Source: Obrimoposthia wandeli
Taxonomy: Eukaryota
Assembly (NCBI GenBank): GCA_977020255.1
Contig: CDROCS010000410.1
Coordinates: 1-64,000 of the forward strand
Direction of reading: 5' to 3'
Length of the DNA: 64,000 bases
Positions within the stretch are counted from its first letter, which is position 1; each line of letters starts with the position of its first letter. This document shows, in pieces, positions 53,868 through 64,000 of the stretch. The notes under the pieces are model-generated. The model searched no databases, was not told where the DNA came from, and saw only the letters and a program-made list of their open reading frames with translations. Both the position numbers and the translations under genes were made by a program.

Positions 53868-55094
53868 CTACTGATATTTTTTCGCCGTTAACGCCGCGAT
53901 TTTAACAATAACTTGCACTGATTTTTCCATCCCTTCTACCGTGACAAACTCATGGATGCCATGAAAGTTATAACCGCCAGTAAAGATGTTTGGACAAGGA
54001 AGTCCCATAAAGGATAACCGCGCCCCATCAGTACCACCGCGAATGGGTTTAATATCCGGTTGTATGTCGCACTCAATCATCGCATGTGTCGCCAGTTCAA
54101 TGATATGTCCATGAGGCTCTACCATTTCACGCATATTGTTATAACTGTCGCTTATTTCAACGTCTATGCACTCACAACCAAGTTTACTATTTAGCTCAGC
54201 CACTTTTTGCTGCATAAATGCTTTACGATGGGCTAATCCGGCGGTATCAAAGTCGCGAATAATATAATTCAATGTCGTTTTAGCAACACTCGTTTGCATT
54301 GAGTTAAGGTGATAAAAACCCTCGTAGCCCTCGGTACACTCAGGCGTTTCACCTGCAGGCATCATAGCTTGAAATTTAGCCGCCAACCCCATGCTATTAA
54401 CCATTTTGCCTTTTGCAGAACCAGGATGAACATTCACACCGTGGCAAACGACATTTGCCGAGCTGGCATTGAAATTTTCGTACTCTAATTCACCAACCGG
54501 TCCACCATCAATCGTGTAAGCCCACTGCGCATTAAAACCAGCGACATCAAACAGATTTGCCCCACGCCCAATCTCTTCATCTGGCGTGAACGCAATGCAA
54601 ATATCGCCATGCTTAATATCTGGGTTTGCTTGTAAATAAGCCACAGCAGTTATAATTTCAGCAATGCCAGCTTTATTATCGCCGCCAAGTAATGTGCTGC
54701 CATCAGTAGTGATTAGAGTCTGACCATGTAATTGATTTAATTCTGGATACATAAGCGGAGACAGTTTTTCACCGTGACCTAAATGCACATCACCACCTTG
54801 ATAATTTTCAACTATTTGAGGCTTAACGCCCTTACCAGAGGCATCCGGTGCTGTGTCCATGTGGGCTATAAAGCCGATAATTGGTACAGTTGTGCTAATA
54901 TTACTTGGTAGGCGTGCAGATACGTAGCCATTACTATCGCGTTTTACGTCCGCTAAGTTCATAGATATTAGCTCCTGCTGTAACTGCTCAGCGAAGACAG
55001 TTTGGCCCGATGTGCTTGGGCAAGTATCAACAGTAAAATCGGATTGCGTATCAAAACTAACATAACGTAAGAAACGTGAAATCAATGTAGTCAT
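53868..55094 (-). CDS. pepT: Peptidase T (tripeptide aminopeptidase)
   Basis: [50 protein letters not shown]. Confidence 0.97.
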   Translation of the reverse strand: MTTLISRFLRYVSFDTQSDFTVDTCPSTSGQTVFAEQLQQELISMNLADVKRDSNGYVSARLPSNISTTVPIIGFIAHMDTAPDASGKGVKPQIVENYQGGDVHLGHGEKLSPLMYPELNQLHGQTLITTDGSTLLGGDNKAGIAEIITAVAYLQANPDIKHGDICIAFTPDEEIGRGANLFDVAGFNAQWAYTIDGGPVGELEYENFNASSANVVCHGVNVHPGSAKGKMVNSMGLAAKFQAMMPAGETPECTEGYEGFYHLNSMQTSVAKTTLNYIIRDFDTAGLAHRKAFMQQKVAELNSKLGCECIDVEISDSYNNMREMVEPHGHIIELATHAMIECDIQPDIKPIRGGTDGARLSFMGLPCPNIFTGGYNFHGIHEFVTVEGMEKSVQVIVKIAALTAKKYQ

Positions 55095-55144
55095 TATAAT
55101 GCCTTAATAATTAAGTGACGAGTAAGTCGTTATGATGTATGCCT

Positions 55145-55186
55145 ATTATGCATAATATTAGCTAACGACATATTGTTCTTAATCAT
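55145..55186 (-). promoter_or_regulatory. Candidate class II FNR promoter for pepT
   Basis: TTGTT-ctta-ATCAT (55173-55186; 8/10 to TTGAT-N4-ATCAA). With minus-strand CATAAT at 55150-55145 as -10, the site centre falls at -41.5. pepT is FNR-activated in enterobacteria. Confidence 0.45.
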
Positions 55187-55225
55187 AAATAGGTATAAGT
55201 TTCATCATCAGATCAGAGGTTTGGC

Positions 55226-55645
55226 ATGCGACACACCACTATTGAATGGCGAAGGTTGTTACGCTACAGTTTCCTATTTATTTTTATCTCCATTTTTATC
55301 ACTACCATAACCCTGCTTATTTTTACCGATGATTGGCGGGCCATATTCAATGTCGAAATACAATTAATTACCATTAACCTCGCATTTATTGCCGTTATTT
55401 ATATTGCCTTTCCTGTGTTAATCATCCGCTTTTGTTATTACTTCTATCTGTTAGTCACACGGGGTAGAAAGGAAGGGATCTCGTTGTTTTGCTATCAAAC
55501 TTTATTCAACCCTATCAACTTTTTATTTCGTCCTAGCTTACTTACCGAATCAGGTTTGACTTCTCGTCGCCGTTGTCTAATTTCAGTCATTCTATTAATT
55601 GCTTTATACGCCTCAATTTTTGCTATGAGCAACCTCGATGTATAA
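55226..55645 (+). CDS. Hypothetical membrane protein (3 TM)
   Basis: GAGG RBS; three hydrophobic segments with basic flanks. Confidence 0.7.
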   Translation: MRHTTIEWRRLLRYSFLFIFISIFITTITLLIFTDDWRAIFNVEIQLITINLAFIAVIYIAFPVLIIRFCYYFYLLVTRGRKEGISLFCYQTLFNPINFLFRPSLLTESGLTSRRRCLISVILLIALYASIFAMSNLDV

Positions 55646-55856
55646 AGCGATAAACTTATCGACCTGAAAGTCAGGAAACACGTACTTTTGGTTGTTACAG
55701 GCAAACTATCACTTAAAACTTCCATTTCCACTTAAATCGCTATATCATGCTGTGCATTAGTCTAGTTAAATTAACTATAGTACTTAAAAGACAACAAGTT
55801 AGTGAATTATCATTTGTTTGACCACCAAATTCATAATCAATTAATAGGGAACTGTT

Positions 55857-57038
55857 ATGTTAGGTACTGCCAACAGCAAAAATGCAACACGTGTATTGTT
55901 ATTAGGATCTGGTGAACTGGGTAAAGAAGTCGCGATTGAATTTCAGCGTTTAGGCGTAGAAGTGATTGCCGTCGACCGTTATGACAACGCTCCCGCAATG
56001 CAAGTTGCCCATCGCAGCCATACTATCAATATGCTTGATGGCGACGCGTTAAGACGTGTAATTGAGCTTGAAAAACCAGATTACGTTATTCCAGAAATCG
56101 AGGCTATCGCGACAGATACTCTGCTTGAACTAGAGCAAGAAGGTGTCAATATCGTCCCAACAGCCCGTGCCACTAAGTTAACCATGGATAGAGAAGGTAT
56201 ACGTCTTCTTGCCGCTGAAACCTTACAACTCCCTACTTCTCCATATATCTTCACCGATAATAAAACTGAATACCTTGCCGCTGTAGAACAGATCGGTATT
56301 CCGTGCGTGATCAAACCGGTAATGAGTTCATCAGGTAAAGGCCAAAGTGTAATTCGTGATGAAGATGATATTGACCAAGCTTGGGATTATGCACAGGAAG
56401 GCGGTCGTGCAGGCGCTGGTCGTATCATTATTGAAGGGTTTGTTAAGTTCGATTTCGAGATCACCATGCTTACTATCAACGCTGTTGATGGCATTCATTT
56501 CTGTGCACCAATCGGTCATCGCCAGCAAGATGGTGACTACCGTGAATCATGGCAGCCACAGGTAATGTGTGAAGAAGTGCTTGCTAAGGCACAGGCAATA
56601 TCAGAAAAAGTAGTGAGCGAATTAGGCGGTTATGGTCTATTTGGCGTCGAACTCTTCATTCGTGGTAATGATGTGTTCTTCAGTGAAGTATCACCACGCC
56701 CACATGATACTGGAATGGTGACATTAATCTCGCAAGATTTGTCTGAATTCGCTCTACATGTACGCGCTATATTAGGCTTACCTATTACCCACATTCAACA
56801 GTTTGGCCCATCTGCATCAGCAGTTATCCTTGCAGAAGGTCACTCGACTAATATTGGCTTTAACCAGTTAGCACCAGCATTGGCTTGTGTTCCAGGCAGT
56901 CAAATCCGTTTATTTGGTAAACCAGAAATTGCTGGTCAGCGCCGTTTAGGTGTGACACTTGCACGTGGTATTAATACCATCGACGCGATTGATAAAGCGA
57001 CTAAAGTAGCTAAGACAGTTGAAGTCACTTTCGACTAA
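55857..57038 (+). CDS. purT: Formate-dependent phosphoribosylglycinamide formyltransferase
   Basis: [47 protein letters not shown]. Confidence 0.97.
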   Translation: MLGTANSKNATRVLLLGSGELGKEVAIEFQRLGVEVIAVDRYDNAPAMQVAHRSHTINMLDGDALRRVIELEKPDYVIPEIEAIATDTLLELEQEGVNIVPTARATKLTMDREGIRLLAAETLQLPTSPYIFTDNKTEYLAAVEQIGIPCVIKPVMSSSGKGQSVIRDEDDIDQAWDYAQEGGRAGAGRIIIEGFVKFDFEITMLTINAVDGIHFCAPIGHRQQDGDYRESWQPQVMCEEVLAKAQAISEKVVSELGGYGLFGVELFIRGNDVFFSEVSPRPHDTGMVTLISQDLSEFALHVRAILGLPITHIQQFGPSASAVILAEGHSTNIGFNQLAPALACVPGSQIRLFGKPEIAGQRRLGVTLARGINTIDAIDKATKVAKTVEVTFD

Positions 57039-57068
57039 ACCTATTCGCGACTAAACCTATTCACTAAA
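57032..57068 (+). repeat. 16-nt duplication spanning the purT stop, plus a partial third copy
   Basis: cgacTAAacctattc (57032), cgacTAAacctattc (57048), acTAAa (57063). Confidence 0.8.
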
Positions 57069-57161
57069 ATAACCGTTACTGTATTAATACTGTGTGTGAT
57101 GGTAACGGAAAGTATATCAATAGCTATAAAGCAGCTATATAAAAACTATATTAAAACTATA

Positions 57162-57199
57162 AAAAAAGGCTAACAAGTTAATACCTGTTAGCCTTTTTT
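57162..57199. terminator. Bidirectional terminator between purT and the CNT transporter
   Basis: AAAAAAGGCTAACA-loop-TGTTAGCCTTTTTT. Confidence 0.88.
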
Positions 57200-57230
57200 G
57201 TATCTTAGCTTTTGGTAATCGCTAATCAAA

Positions 57231-57255
57231 AACTACAAACTACAAACTACAAACT
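57231..57255 (-). repeat. Heptamer repeat (TGTAGTT)x3.5 spanning the stop codon of the CNT transporter
   Basis: Plus strand aactaca aactaca aactaca aact; TAG at 57249, 57242 and 57235 on the minus strand. Confidence 0.85.
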
Positions 57256-58446
57256 CAAGATAACACCGGCAATTGCAGCGCTCATCAAGTTAGCCAGTAC
57301 ACCAGCAAAGATAGCGCGGAAACCATGTTTAGCAATGAATTGACGACGTTCAGGGATCATGCTGCCTAAACCACCAATCAAGATAGCCATAGTACTGATG
57401 TTAGCAAAACCACATAACGCAAAGGTAATGATAGCTTGAGAATGTTCGCTTAACTGATCTTTCACTTCCATCAATTGAATGAAGGCAACAAACTCATTAA
57501 CTACGATCTTATTACCAATTAATGAACCAGCAACAATCGCTTCATTCCATGGCACACCAATCAACCAAGCAACAGGCGCAAACACATAGCCTAAAATGAT
57601 TTCAAAGCTTAGCGTCATATCAAACCAATTGCCGATACCACCTAGCATGCCGTTCAATAACGCGATAACACCAACAAAGGCTAACAATGTCGCACCAATA
57701 GCAGTAGCCATGCTTAAACCAGCCATCGCGCCGTCAGCAAGCGCTTCAACTACATTCGTTGCACGGGGTAATTCTACTTTAGTGATTTCATCTGCGTGGT
57801 TTTCATTTTTTGCTGGCGGGAACAAGAACTTCGCCATTAACAAACCAGCTGGTGCAGACATAAATGACGCTGCCACTAAAAATTTGATTTCCACACCAAT
57901 CATCGCGTAACCGACTAACGTGCCACCAGCAACCGATGCCAGACCACACGTCATCACAGCGAAGAACTGTGAGTCGCTCATGCCTTTCAAATACGGCTTA
58001 ACCACTAACGGCGCTTCAACCATACCAACAAAGATATTTGCGGTCGCAGCAAGCGATTCAGCACGGCCTGTACCAAGCAGTTTCTGCAACGCACCACCAA
58101 CAATGTTAATCACTTTAGGCATGAAACCAATATGGTACAGCGCCGAGATTAACGCCGAGAAGAACACGATAATACCCAATACATTAATCGCAAAAACAAA
58201 GGTGCCTTCGACTAAACTACCAAATAAGAATGAGATACCTTCTTGGCCATAATCAATGACATTCGATACACCAGCACTAAAACTGTTTAACGCTTCTTTG
58301 CCTGCAGGAAAATATAAGACGATAAAAGCAAACGTGATCTGCAATGTAAACGCGAGCGAGACTGTTCTAAGGGGGATATTACGGCGATCATTAGAGAAAA
58401 AGTACGCCGTTAATAAGATCACTATTATGCCTAAGATAGATATCAT
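57247..58446 (-). CDS. Concentrative nucleoside transporter (NupC/NupX, CNT family)
   Basis: AATANIFVGMVEAP, GLASVAGG, IVVNEFVAF, ALCGFANIST; start at MISILG (ORF track extends to 58503). Confidence 0.92.
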   Translation of the reverse strand: MISILGIIVILLTAYFFSNDRRNIPLRTVSLAFTLQITFAFIVLYFPAGKEALNSFSAGVSNVIDYGQEGISFLFGSLVEGTFVFAINVLGIIVFFSALISALYHIGFMPKVINIVGGALQKLLGTGRAESLAATANIFVGMVEAPLVVKPYLKGMSDSQFFAVMTCGLASVAGGTLVGYAMIGVEIKFLVAASFMSAPAGLLMAKFLFPPAKNENHADEITKVELPRATNVVEALADGAMAGLSMATAIGATLLAFVGVIALLNGMLGGIGNWFDMTLSFEIILGYVFAPVAWLIGVPWNEAIVAGSLIGNKIVVNEFVAFIQLMEVKDQLSEHSQAIITFALCGFANISTMAILIGGLGSMIPERRQFIAKHGFRAIFAGVLANLMSAAIAGVILSL

Positions 58447-58663
58447 GGAACAAACCTGTTGGATGCTTAAAATTATAAAGACGCGTATTGTAGTCCGCGC
58501 CATTTTTACAGCAAGCCCAGTAAGTTACCTGCTTGTTACAATTAAATTAAGTCCATTTCAGGTGATCGCTAGTGACTTGTTTTATAACGATTCTATAATC
58601 ATCTTTAGAGTATTGTTTCCATATGGAAAATATATTTCCCCATGAGAAGATAAGTTGTTGAAA

Positions 58664-59602
58664 TTAGATTTTTATCTGCGACTTTAATTGTTGGTCCCAG
58701 TATGAAGGTTGACCAATATATTCTTTGAAAAAGGTAATAGCCGCGCTGATCTTCTTCGGTAAATGCTTACGACTTGGATATACAGCATAAAACCGCATCG
58801 CCTGATTCGCCTGCCATTCCGGTAACAGTTGTATTAACTTGCCCGTTCTAAATTCATCGGTAAGTAAATACGTCGCCAAGTAAGCAATACCCCAACCCGA
58901 TATCGCCGCATCACGGATCGCTTCAGCTAAATCAACACGGTAATCACCATTTACATTAATATATACCGCCTCATTACCTTGCTTAAATGACCACAAACCA
59001 TAATTTCGTTCACGGCTTTGATAGATAAGACAGTTATGCTGTTCAAGTTCTTGCGGGTGTAATGGCGCGCTATGGTGCATCAAATAATCGGGCGATGCCG
59101 CGACCACAAAACGGGTATCAGCCAAGTGTTGAGCAACGTAACCTTCGGGGATAGCTTCAATATTGGTCAACCACAGGTCTAAACCATCATCAATCATATT
59201 AGTTTTATAATCGAACAGGCTCACTTCGACATGCAAGTCGGGATGTAGTTTGCGGAATTGCTCAATAGCGGGAATGATATGTATCGTGCCGAATGATTGC
59301 GATACGCCTAAGCGCAGAATACCGCTGACTTCATCTTGTAAATTAGCCATCATGTCATCAGCGTCTTGCACACTACTAACCACATCAGCGCAATAACGCG
59401 CAAATTGCTGACCCGCATCCGTCAGTGTGAAACTGCGGGTGGATCGTTGCACTAACTTAACGTTTAAATCCGCTTCTAAGCATTTAAGGTGTTTACTGAC
59501 ATGAGAAACCGACACACTAAGCGTATGTGCTGCAGCAGTAAAGCTACCGGTTTGTACCAAGGTATGAAAGAGTGCCATTTGGCTAGCGCGATCTTGAATC
59601 AA
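58664..59602 (-). CDS. LysR-family regulator (CrgA/DmlR-like)
   Basis: GSFTAAA..SVSHVSK..LE..LVQRSTR..LTDAG, ASPDYL, GIAYL, YAVYPSRK; divergent from the acyl-CoA ligase. Confidence 0.92.
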   Translation of the reverse strand: MIQDRASQMALFHTLVQTGSFTAAAHTLSVSVSHVSKHLKCLEADLNVKLVQRSTRSFTLTDAGQQFARYCADVVSSVQDADDMMANLQDEVSGILRLGVSQSFGTIHIIPAIEQFRKLHPDLHVEVSLFDYKTNMIDDGLDLWLTNIEAIPEGYVAQHLADTRFVVAASPDYLMHHSAPLHPQELEQHNCLIYQSRERNYGLWSFKQGNEAVYINVNGDYRVDLAEAIRDAAISGWGIAYLATYLLTDEFRTGKLIQLLPEWQANQAMRFYAVYPSRKHLPKKISAAITFFKEYIGQPSYWDQQLKSQIKI

Positions 59603-59882
59603 TGAAAAGTACCTAGTAACGTCCTGTCCGTGTGACTACGTAATAATAATTATCGTTATAGATGTTTAATTGACGCCAGTGTATAGAAAAACCGGAATGC
59701 AATAAAGCAGTAAGCCATGCACACATTGAAATACTGGCTTAGCATGTGATTCAGGCACGCGTTATGATTGTAAAAACAGCAGTATAACTAATATAGATGC
59801 ATGCACATATGATTATTATCAACTAACCATTATGTCAATTGTAAGATAATATAGCGCATATTACCCTATAGAGAATTTTAAC

Positions 59883-61553
59883 ATGGAAAAGATCTGGTTA
59901 AAAAAATACCCTAGCGATGTGCCAGAGTTCATTGATATATCCCAATATGACAGCATTTTAGATATCGTCGAGCAAAGTTGCGAGAAGCACGCAGATTCAA
60001 TCGCCTTCTTAAATATGGGTGCGACACTGACCTTTCGCCAACTTGAACAGCAAAGCCGAGATTTTGCAGCTTATCTACAGCACGATCTGAAAATGCAACC
60101 AGGCGATCGCTGCGCAATCATGATGCCCAATTTATTACAGTACCCTATTGCGCTATTTGGCATACTGCGCGCAGGATTAATTGCCGTTAATGTTAATCCG
60201 TTGTACACCCAACGAGAGTTACAGCATCAGTTGACCGATTCTGGCGCTAAGATGATTGTCGCCATTAGTAACTTTGGTGCCAACCTCGAGAAAGTATTAC
60301 CACAAACCAGCATCGAACACGTCATCATGACGAACATAGGCGATCAACTACAGCAACCTAAACGTACTATGGTTAATTTCGCCGTAAAATACGTGAAAAA
60401 AATGGTCCCTGATTTTCACATCGAAAACGCTATCTCTATGCGTAAAGTGCTGACTGCAGGTCGAAAACTAATTTATAACCGCCCAGCTTGTAAACCTGAA
60501 GACATTGCTTACCTACAATACACGGGTGGTACAACGGGTATCGCTAAAGGCGCGATGTTAACTCACCGCAATATTGTTGCTAATGTATTGCAAGTTTACG
60601 GGCAGTTCTCGCCTCGCACCTTGTTGTCAAAAGACCATGTGGTAACCCCCTTACCGCTTTATCATATCTTTGCCAACTCAGTCAGCCTGATGTTTATCAT
60701 GATGATCGGGGGTCGTAATTTATTAATTACCAATCCAAGAGATATGGATGGTTTTATCAAAGAACTAAAAGGCTATCCTTTCACGATCTTCTTCGGCCTA
60801 AACACCTTGTTCAGTGGCATGTTAAAGAATGAAAAATTCCGAGAGTTAGATTTCAGCCATGCTCGCTTCACCATCGCTGGCGGTATGTCGACTCAAGAAG
60901 ACGTAGCGAAAGAATGGCAAGCAGTCACAGGTATGCCTGTGGTTGAAGGTTATGGATTAACAGAATGCTCGCCTGTTGTATGCAGTGGTATTCATACCCA
61001 ACAAGCATATACAGCGGGGATCGGCGTACCGCTACCATCAACAGAAATGCGCGTGGTTAATGATGATAAACAAGCATTGGATATCAACATCGTTGGTGAG
61101 CTACAAGTACGCGGACCACAAGTGATGTCTGGTTATTGGAAACAAGCACAAGCCACTGCCGAATCGATTGATGCCGACGGCTGGTTCTCGACTGGTGACA
61201 TGGCGCGTATGGATAAAGATGGTTGTTTCTTTATTGTCGATCGTAAAAAAGACATGATTTTAGTCTCTGGCTTTAATGTTTATTCAGTCGAAATTGAAGA
61301 AGTGCTGCGATTACACCCTGATATCGAAGAAGCCGCCGTTTTAGGTCTGCCACATCAAGTGACAGGCGAACAAGTTAAAGCCTTCATTTGTAGCAGTAAC
61401 AAAGCGCTAACCAGCAAAGAGGTGCAAACTCATTGCCGCCGTTATTTGACTGCTTATAAAGTGCCACGTGATATTGAATTTCGTGATGACCTACCTAAAA
61501 GCCCAGTAGGAAAAGTACTTAAGCGTGAATTGTTACCAGTAAAAGATCACTAA
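59883..61553 (+). CDS. Long-chain-fatty-acid--CoA ligase (FadD-like, possibly a paralogue)
   Basis: LQYTGGTTGIAKGA, EGYGLTECSP, TGDMA, DRKKDMILVSGFNVY, KSPVGKVL. Confidence 0.92.
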   Translation: MEKIWLKKYPSDVPEFIDISQYDSILDIVEQSCEKHADSIAFLNMGATLTFRQLEQQSRDFAAYLQHDLKMQPGDRCAIMMPNLLQYPIALFGILRAGLIAVNVNPLYTQRELQHQLTDSGAKMIVAISNFGANLEKVLPQTSIEHVIMTNIGDQLQQPKRTMVNFAVKYVKKMVPDFHIENAISMRKVLTAGRKLIYNRPACKPEDIAYLQYTGGTTGIAKGAMLTHRNIVANVLQVYGQFSPRTLLSKDHVVTPLPLYHIFANSVSLMFIMMIGGRNLLITNPRDMDGFIKELKGYPFTIFFGLNTLFSGMLKNEKFRELDFSHARFTIAGGMSTQEDVAKEWQAVTGMPVVEGYGLTECSPVVCSGIHTQQAYTAGIGVPLPSTEMRVVNDDKQALDINIVGELQVRGPQVMSGYWKQAQATAESIDADGWFSTGDMARMDKDGCFFIVDRKKDMILVSGFNVYSVEIEEVLRLHPDIEEAAVLGLPHQVTGEQVKAFICSSNKALTSKEVQTHCRRYLTAYKVPRDIEFRDDLPKSPVGKVLKRELLPVKDH

Positions 61554-61582
61554 TCACTAATCACTAATCACTAATCACTAAT
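61546..61582 (+). repeat. Perfect heptamer VNTR (ATCACTA)x5 spanning the ligase stop codon
   Basis: GAT CAC TAA TCACTAA TCACTAA TCACTAA TCACTAA; TAA at 61551, 61558, 61565, 61572, 61579. Confidence 0.95.
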
Positions 61583-61593
61583 AAACAATGGAT

Positions 61594-61625
61594 AAAAAAG
61601 CACTACGACTAATTCGTAGTGCTTT
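61594..61625. terminator. Terminator after the ligase (likely bidirectional)
   Basis: AAAAAAGCACTACGA-ctaat-TCGTAGTGCTTT. Confidence 0.8.
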
Positions 61626-61665
61626 CACGTTTAACTTAAAATACCCATTCTCGTTATTTATACAT

Positions 61666-63039
61666 TCATGACTTATGGTTTAAAATTGCACGTACAAAAC
61701 TGCGAGTATTGGCATTATGATCTGACATAAACTCAGCCAGTAAATTGCTCATCTGAGTAATGCCCTCTTCACCGTGCTGCTCACGGATCATCTCCACAAT
61801 CATGTCGATTTCTTTACTACCATCCACTTCAAAGCTTGGATCACTCACAAGTTGTTCTGGTACCCAGCGCTCTAAATAATCTGCTAGTTTGTCTGACTTG
61901 TCATATGAGTTTTTCGCAAACACTTCAACGAATGTATTATCAGTGTATTCAACGACAGCAGTCTCTTTCGTCAGAGCCTTAAATAATGCATTACTAAAAT
62001 CATTATTTTCATAAGCGCGTTTGGTGATAATTTCTTGGAACTCTTCTAATACCAAATGACGATTAGACAACAACTGGATCGCATCAATCTTCGCTTGCGG
62101 ATAACCCATCATGTCTTTGGCATTGGTCCATAAGCTCGAAGCCGTACTCACACCCGGTTGTAAAGTCGAATGGTAAGATTGGGCAATATCGCCAACGTAA
62201 TGCATGCCCCAGCCCATAAAGCGCCATCCCCAATAATCATGACCAGTACTGAACGCATACTCAGACAAGGCTTTGTACATGTGCACACGGTAATCAGGGA
62301 AGGTATCACGCAAGAACGGCGCTAACGTAAATAACACACTTGATTCGTAATAGAACCCCATATGGAACGGTGCTTGTGTGCTGTACTCTAATGCTGGATT
62401 ACCAAATGCTTGCTTACCAAAGCCATACATTTTACCAAACTCAGTATTACTGTCTTCAAACAAGCCAATATCAAGGCCGTGATCAGGGTCGTCATTAGCC
62501 GAAACCAAGACTTCAATCGGCGTGACTAATTCACCACTTTTCACTTCTACAAAGGTGATAGCGTCGTAATGGTCAAGATTACTGAATACCGCGACTTCAG
62601 ACGCATCTAATCGACGGCGGCCTTGTGTATCTTGCCCCGGTAATAACTGCACGTATGGATTAATACGTGAATTGGGATTAATCCGAATAGCGTGAATGAA
62701 ACTTTGCAATAATGCCGTGTCACTGGCGTTAAACGCTAAGGCATCAGGACGCGGTTTATAATACGCAAAGTTTTCACGTAACCAGCTTTCATTACTGGCT
62801 AACAGCACTTCTAATCCTTGCGCCTCTGCAGTGACAAATTCCGCTAAGGTTTCAACCTTAATAGGTGCTTGCTCTGCGACTTCTGGCATGGTGTTTAATA
62901 TTGGAAAAGTAATCAGGCTGTGTTCAGACCAAGCATTGGCGTTACTCACCATCATAGTGCTACACAAGAGTGCAGCTAGAATGGTTTTACTCTGCATTTT
63001 ACTGTTAAATTTATGCTTTAATAAACTCGGGGTAAACAT
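61666..63039 (-). CDS. Secreted Zn-dependent phospholipase C / S1-P1 nuclease-fold protein
   Basis: Signal peptide ending ANA, mature N-terminus WSEH; DDPD; HYVGDIAQSYH; NRHLVLE. Confidence 0.7.
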   Translation of the reverse strand: MFTPSLLKHKFNSKMQSKTILAALLCSTMMVSNANAWSEHSLITFPILNTMPEVAEQAPIKVETLAEFVTAEAQGLEVLLASNESWLRENFAYYKPRPDALAFNASDTALLQSFIHAIRINPNSRINPYVQLLPGQDTQGRRRLDASEVAVFSNLDHYDAITFVEVKSGELVTPIEVLVSANDDPDHGLDIGLFEDSNTEFGKMYGFGKQAFGNPALEYSTQAPFHMGFYYESSVLFTLAPFLRDTFPDYRVHMYKALSEYAFSTGHDYWGWRFMGWGMHYVGDIAQSYHSTLQPGVSTASSLWTNAKDMMGYPQAKIDAIQLLSNRHLVLEEFQEIITKRAYENNDFSNALFKALTKETAVVEYTDNTFVEVFAKNSYDKSDKLADYLERWVPEQLVSDPSFEVDGSKEIDMIVEMIREQHGEEGITQMSNLLAEFMSDHNANTRSFVRAILNHKS

Positions 63040-63099
63040 AACATTCCTTTGAAATCGTCTATTAGTATCAATATTAGTATTAAGATTGAAGAACCACTA

Positions 63100-63555
63100 T
63101 CAAGTTGTAACTATCATCTCCATTGGCACATAACGGATACTATTGATGCTTAGCTCTTCTGAAGTAGCCTTAAACCCGACTTTTTGATAGAAGCCTAGCG
63201 CATAAATCGACGCTTTGACGTGAATTAAACTTGCGCCACACTGGGTTTTCATTTCATCGACCAAGCGTTTCGCAATACCAAAGCCATGATAATCTGTTTT
63301 GACATATAGATGGCCAAGATAATTGTCTTCACGCCAACCTATATAACCAATTATTTCGTTACCAACACTTGCTTTAACCACTGAGTAGATGTCAGGATTT
63401 TTTACCTTATCGAAATCTGATTTAAACGCTATTCTAATGGCTTTCTGACCTTCGGCATTCAGCAGAGGCACAACGTGTTCTTCATTAACAGCCTCACCGA
63501 GTGCAAGGATTGAATCGATATCTTGCTGCACCGCTTTTTCAAAAATAAATTCCAT
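63100..63555 (-). CDS. GNAT-family N-acetyltransferase
   Basis: LYVKTDYHGFGIAKRL acetyl-CoA motif; ALGFYQKVGF; YVPME. Confidence 0.9.
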   Translation of the reverse strand: MEFIFEKAVQQDIDSILALGEAVNEEHVVPLLNAEGQKAIRIAFKSDFDKVKNPDIYSVVKASVGNEIIGYIGWREDNYLGHLYVKTDYHGFGIAKRLVDEMKTQCGASLIHVKASIYALGFYQKVGFKATSEELSINSIRYVPMEMIVTT

Positions 63556-63610
63556 TTCGTCTCCATATGTATCACGTTTAAATTATACCATTTTTAAATT
63601 TCGTCTCGGC

Positions 63611-64000
63611 TCAAACGCAACACTGCGCCTTTAAATCGAGCGTACTTTCAAATAATCTTGAGTCATCAATTTTATCAAGCATTTCAATGCTCGGCAAACA
63701 TTCATCATCAACATAATCGGCAAAATCACCATCGGGATCAAATACTAAGATATCCAACGCTAATCGGTCCATTCCGTAGAGACCACGGTGGATCATATCT
63801 GCAGAAAACACCAATAAATCACCTGCCGCTAAGCCAATAACCTTACCACCAGCGATACTGTCACAGCTCACTTTACCGTTGATTTCTTGGCGTACATTAA
63901 ACTCTTCTTCATTATCCCAGCGCTTATGCGTACCTGGAATGAGTTCCATGCCGAGTTCATCAAATAAAGGTACGCGTAGGTGAACCACTTGTGTCTCTTG
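63611..64000 (-). CDS. Phytanoyl-CoA dioxygenase (PhyH)-like 2OG/Fe(II) oxygenase, 3' part (5' end outside the window)
   Basis: Frame open to the window edge (QETQVVHLRVPL); MELIPGTHK, AGDLLVFSADMIHRG. Confidence 0.7.
   Translation of the reverse strand, partial: QETQVVHLRVPLFDELGMELIPGTHKRWDNEEEFNVRQEINGKVSCDSIAGGKVIGLAAGDLLVFSADMIHRGLYGMDRLALDILVFDPDGDFADYVDDECLPSIEMLDKIDDSRLFESTLDLKAQCCV

Noticed and set aside
55646-55856. PurR box expected upstream of purT
   Set aside because: No convincing match to ACGCAAACGTTTGCGT was found.
59745-59760. CRP-like TGTGA..GCACG upstream of the FadD-like gene
   Set aside because: Half-site spacing is 5 nt, not the required 6.

Overview
A 64-kb chromosomal window from an AT-rich (about 40% GC by eye) marine-type gammaproteobacterium. 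The gene set and protein style suggest Moritella or a related psychrophile; this is inference only. No rRNA, tRNA, CRISPR array, IS element or prophage was seen. In order the window holds: the sdhCDAB-sucAB-sucC' operon divergent from gltA; a CrbS/CrbR acetate-switch locus with a cNMP-CBS-nucleotidyltransferase/DEDDh-exonuclease pair and a two-subunit solute:sodium symporter; msbA-lpxK-ycaR-kdsB, with an AraC-YCF48-MMPL module where comEC usually lies; bioA/bioBFCD with a BirA operator; asnS; a neutral-lipid-type cluster (lipase, WS/DGAT, PHA-granule protein, LRAT-like, ydjA, fadH); sppA-ansA; punC/punR; a DUF748 protein; pepT; purT; a CNT nucleoside transporter; LysR with a FadD-like ligase; a secreted Zn-PLC/P1-nuclease-fold protein; a GNAT; and a partial PhyH-like gene. 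The best leads are (1) the NTase/exonuclease/symporter module as a possible reversible nucleotidylation switch on acetate uptake, (2) a storage-lipid operon whose WS/DGAT has HYxxxDG instead of HHxxxDG, and (3) a recurring pattern of short tandem duplications anchored on gene stop codons.
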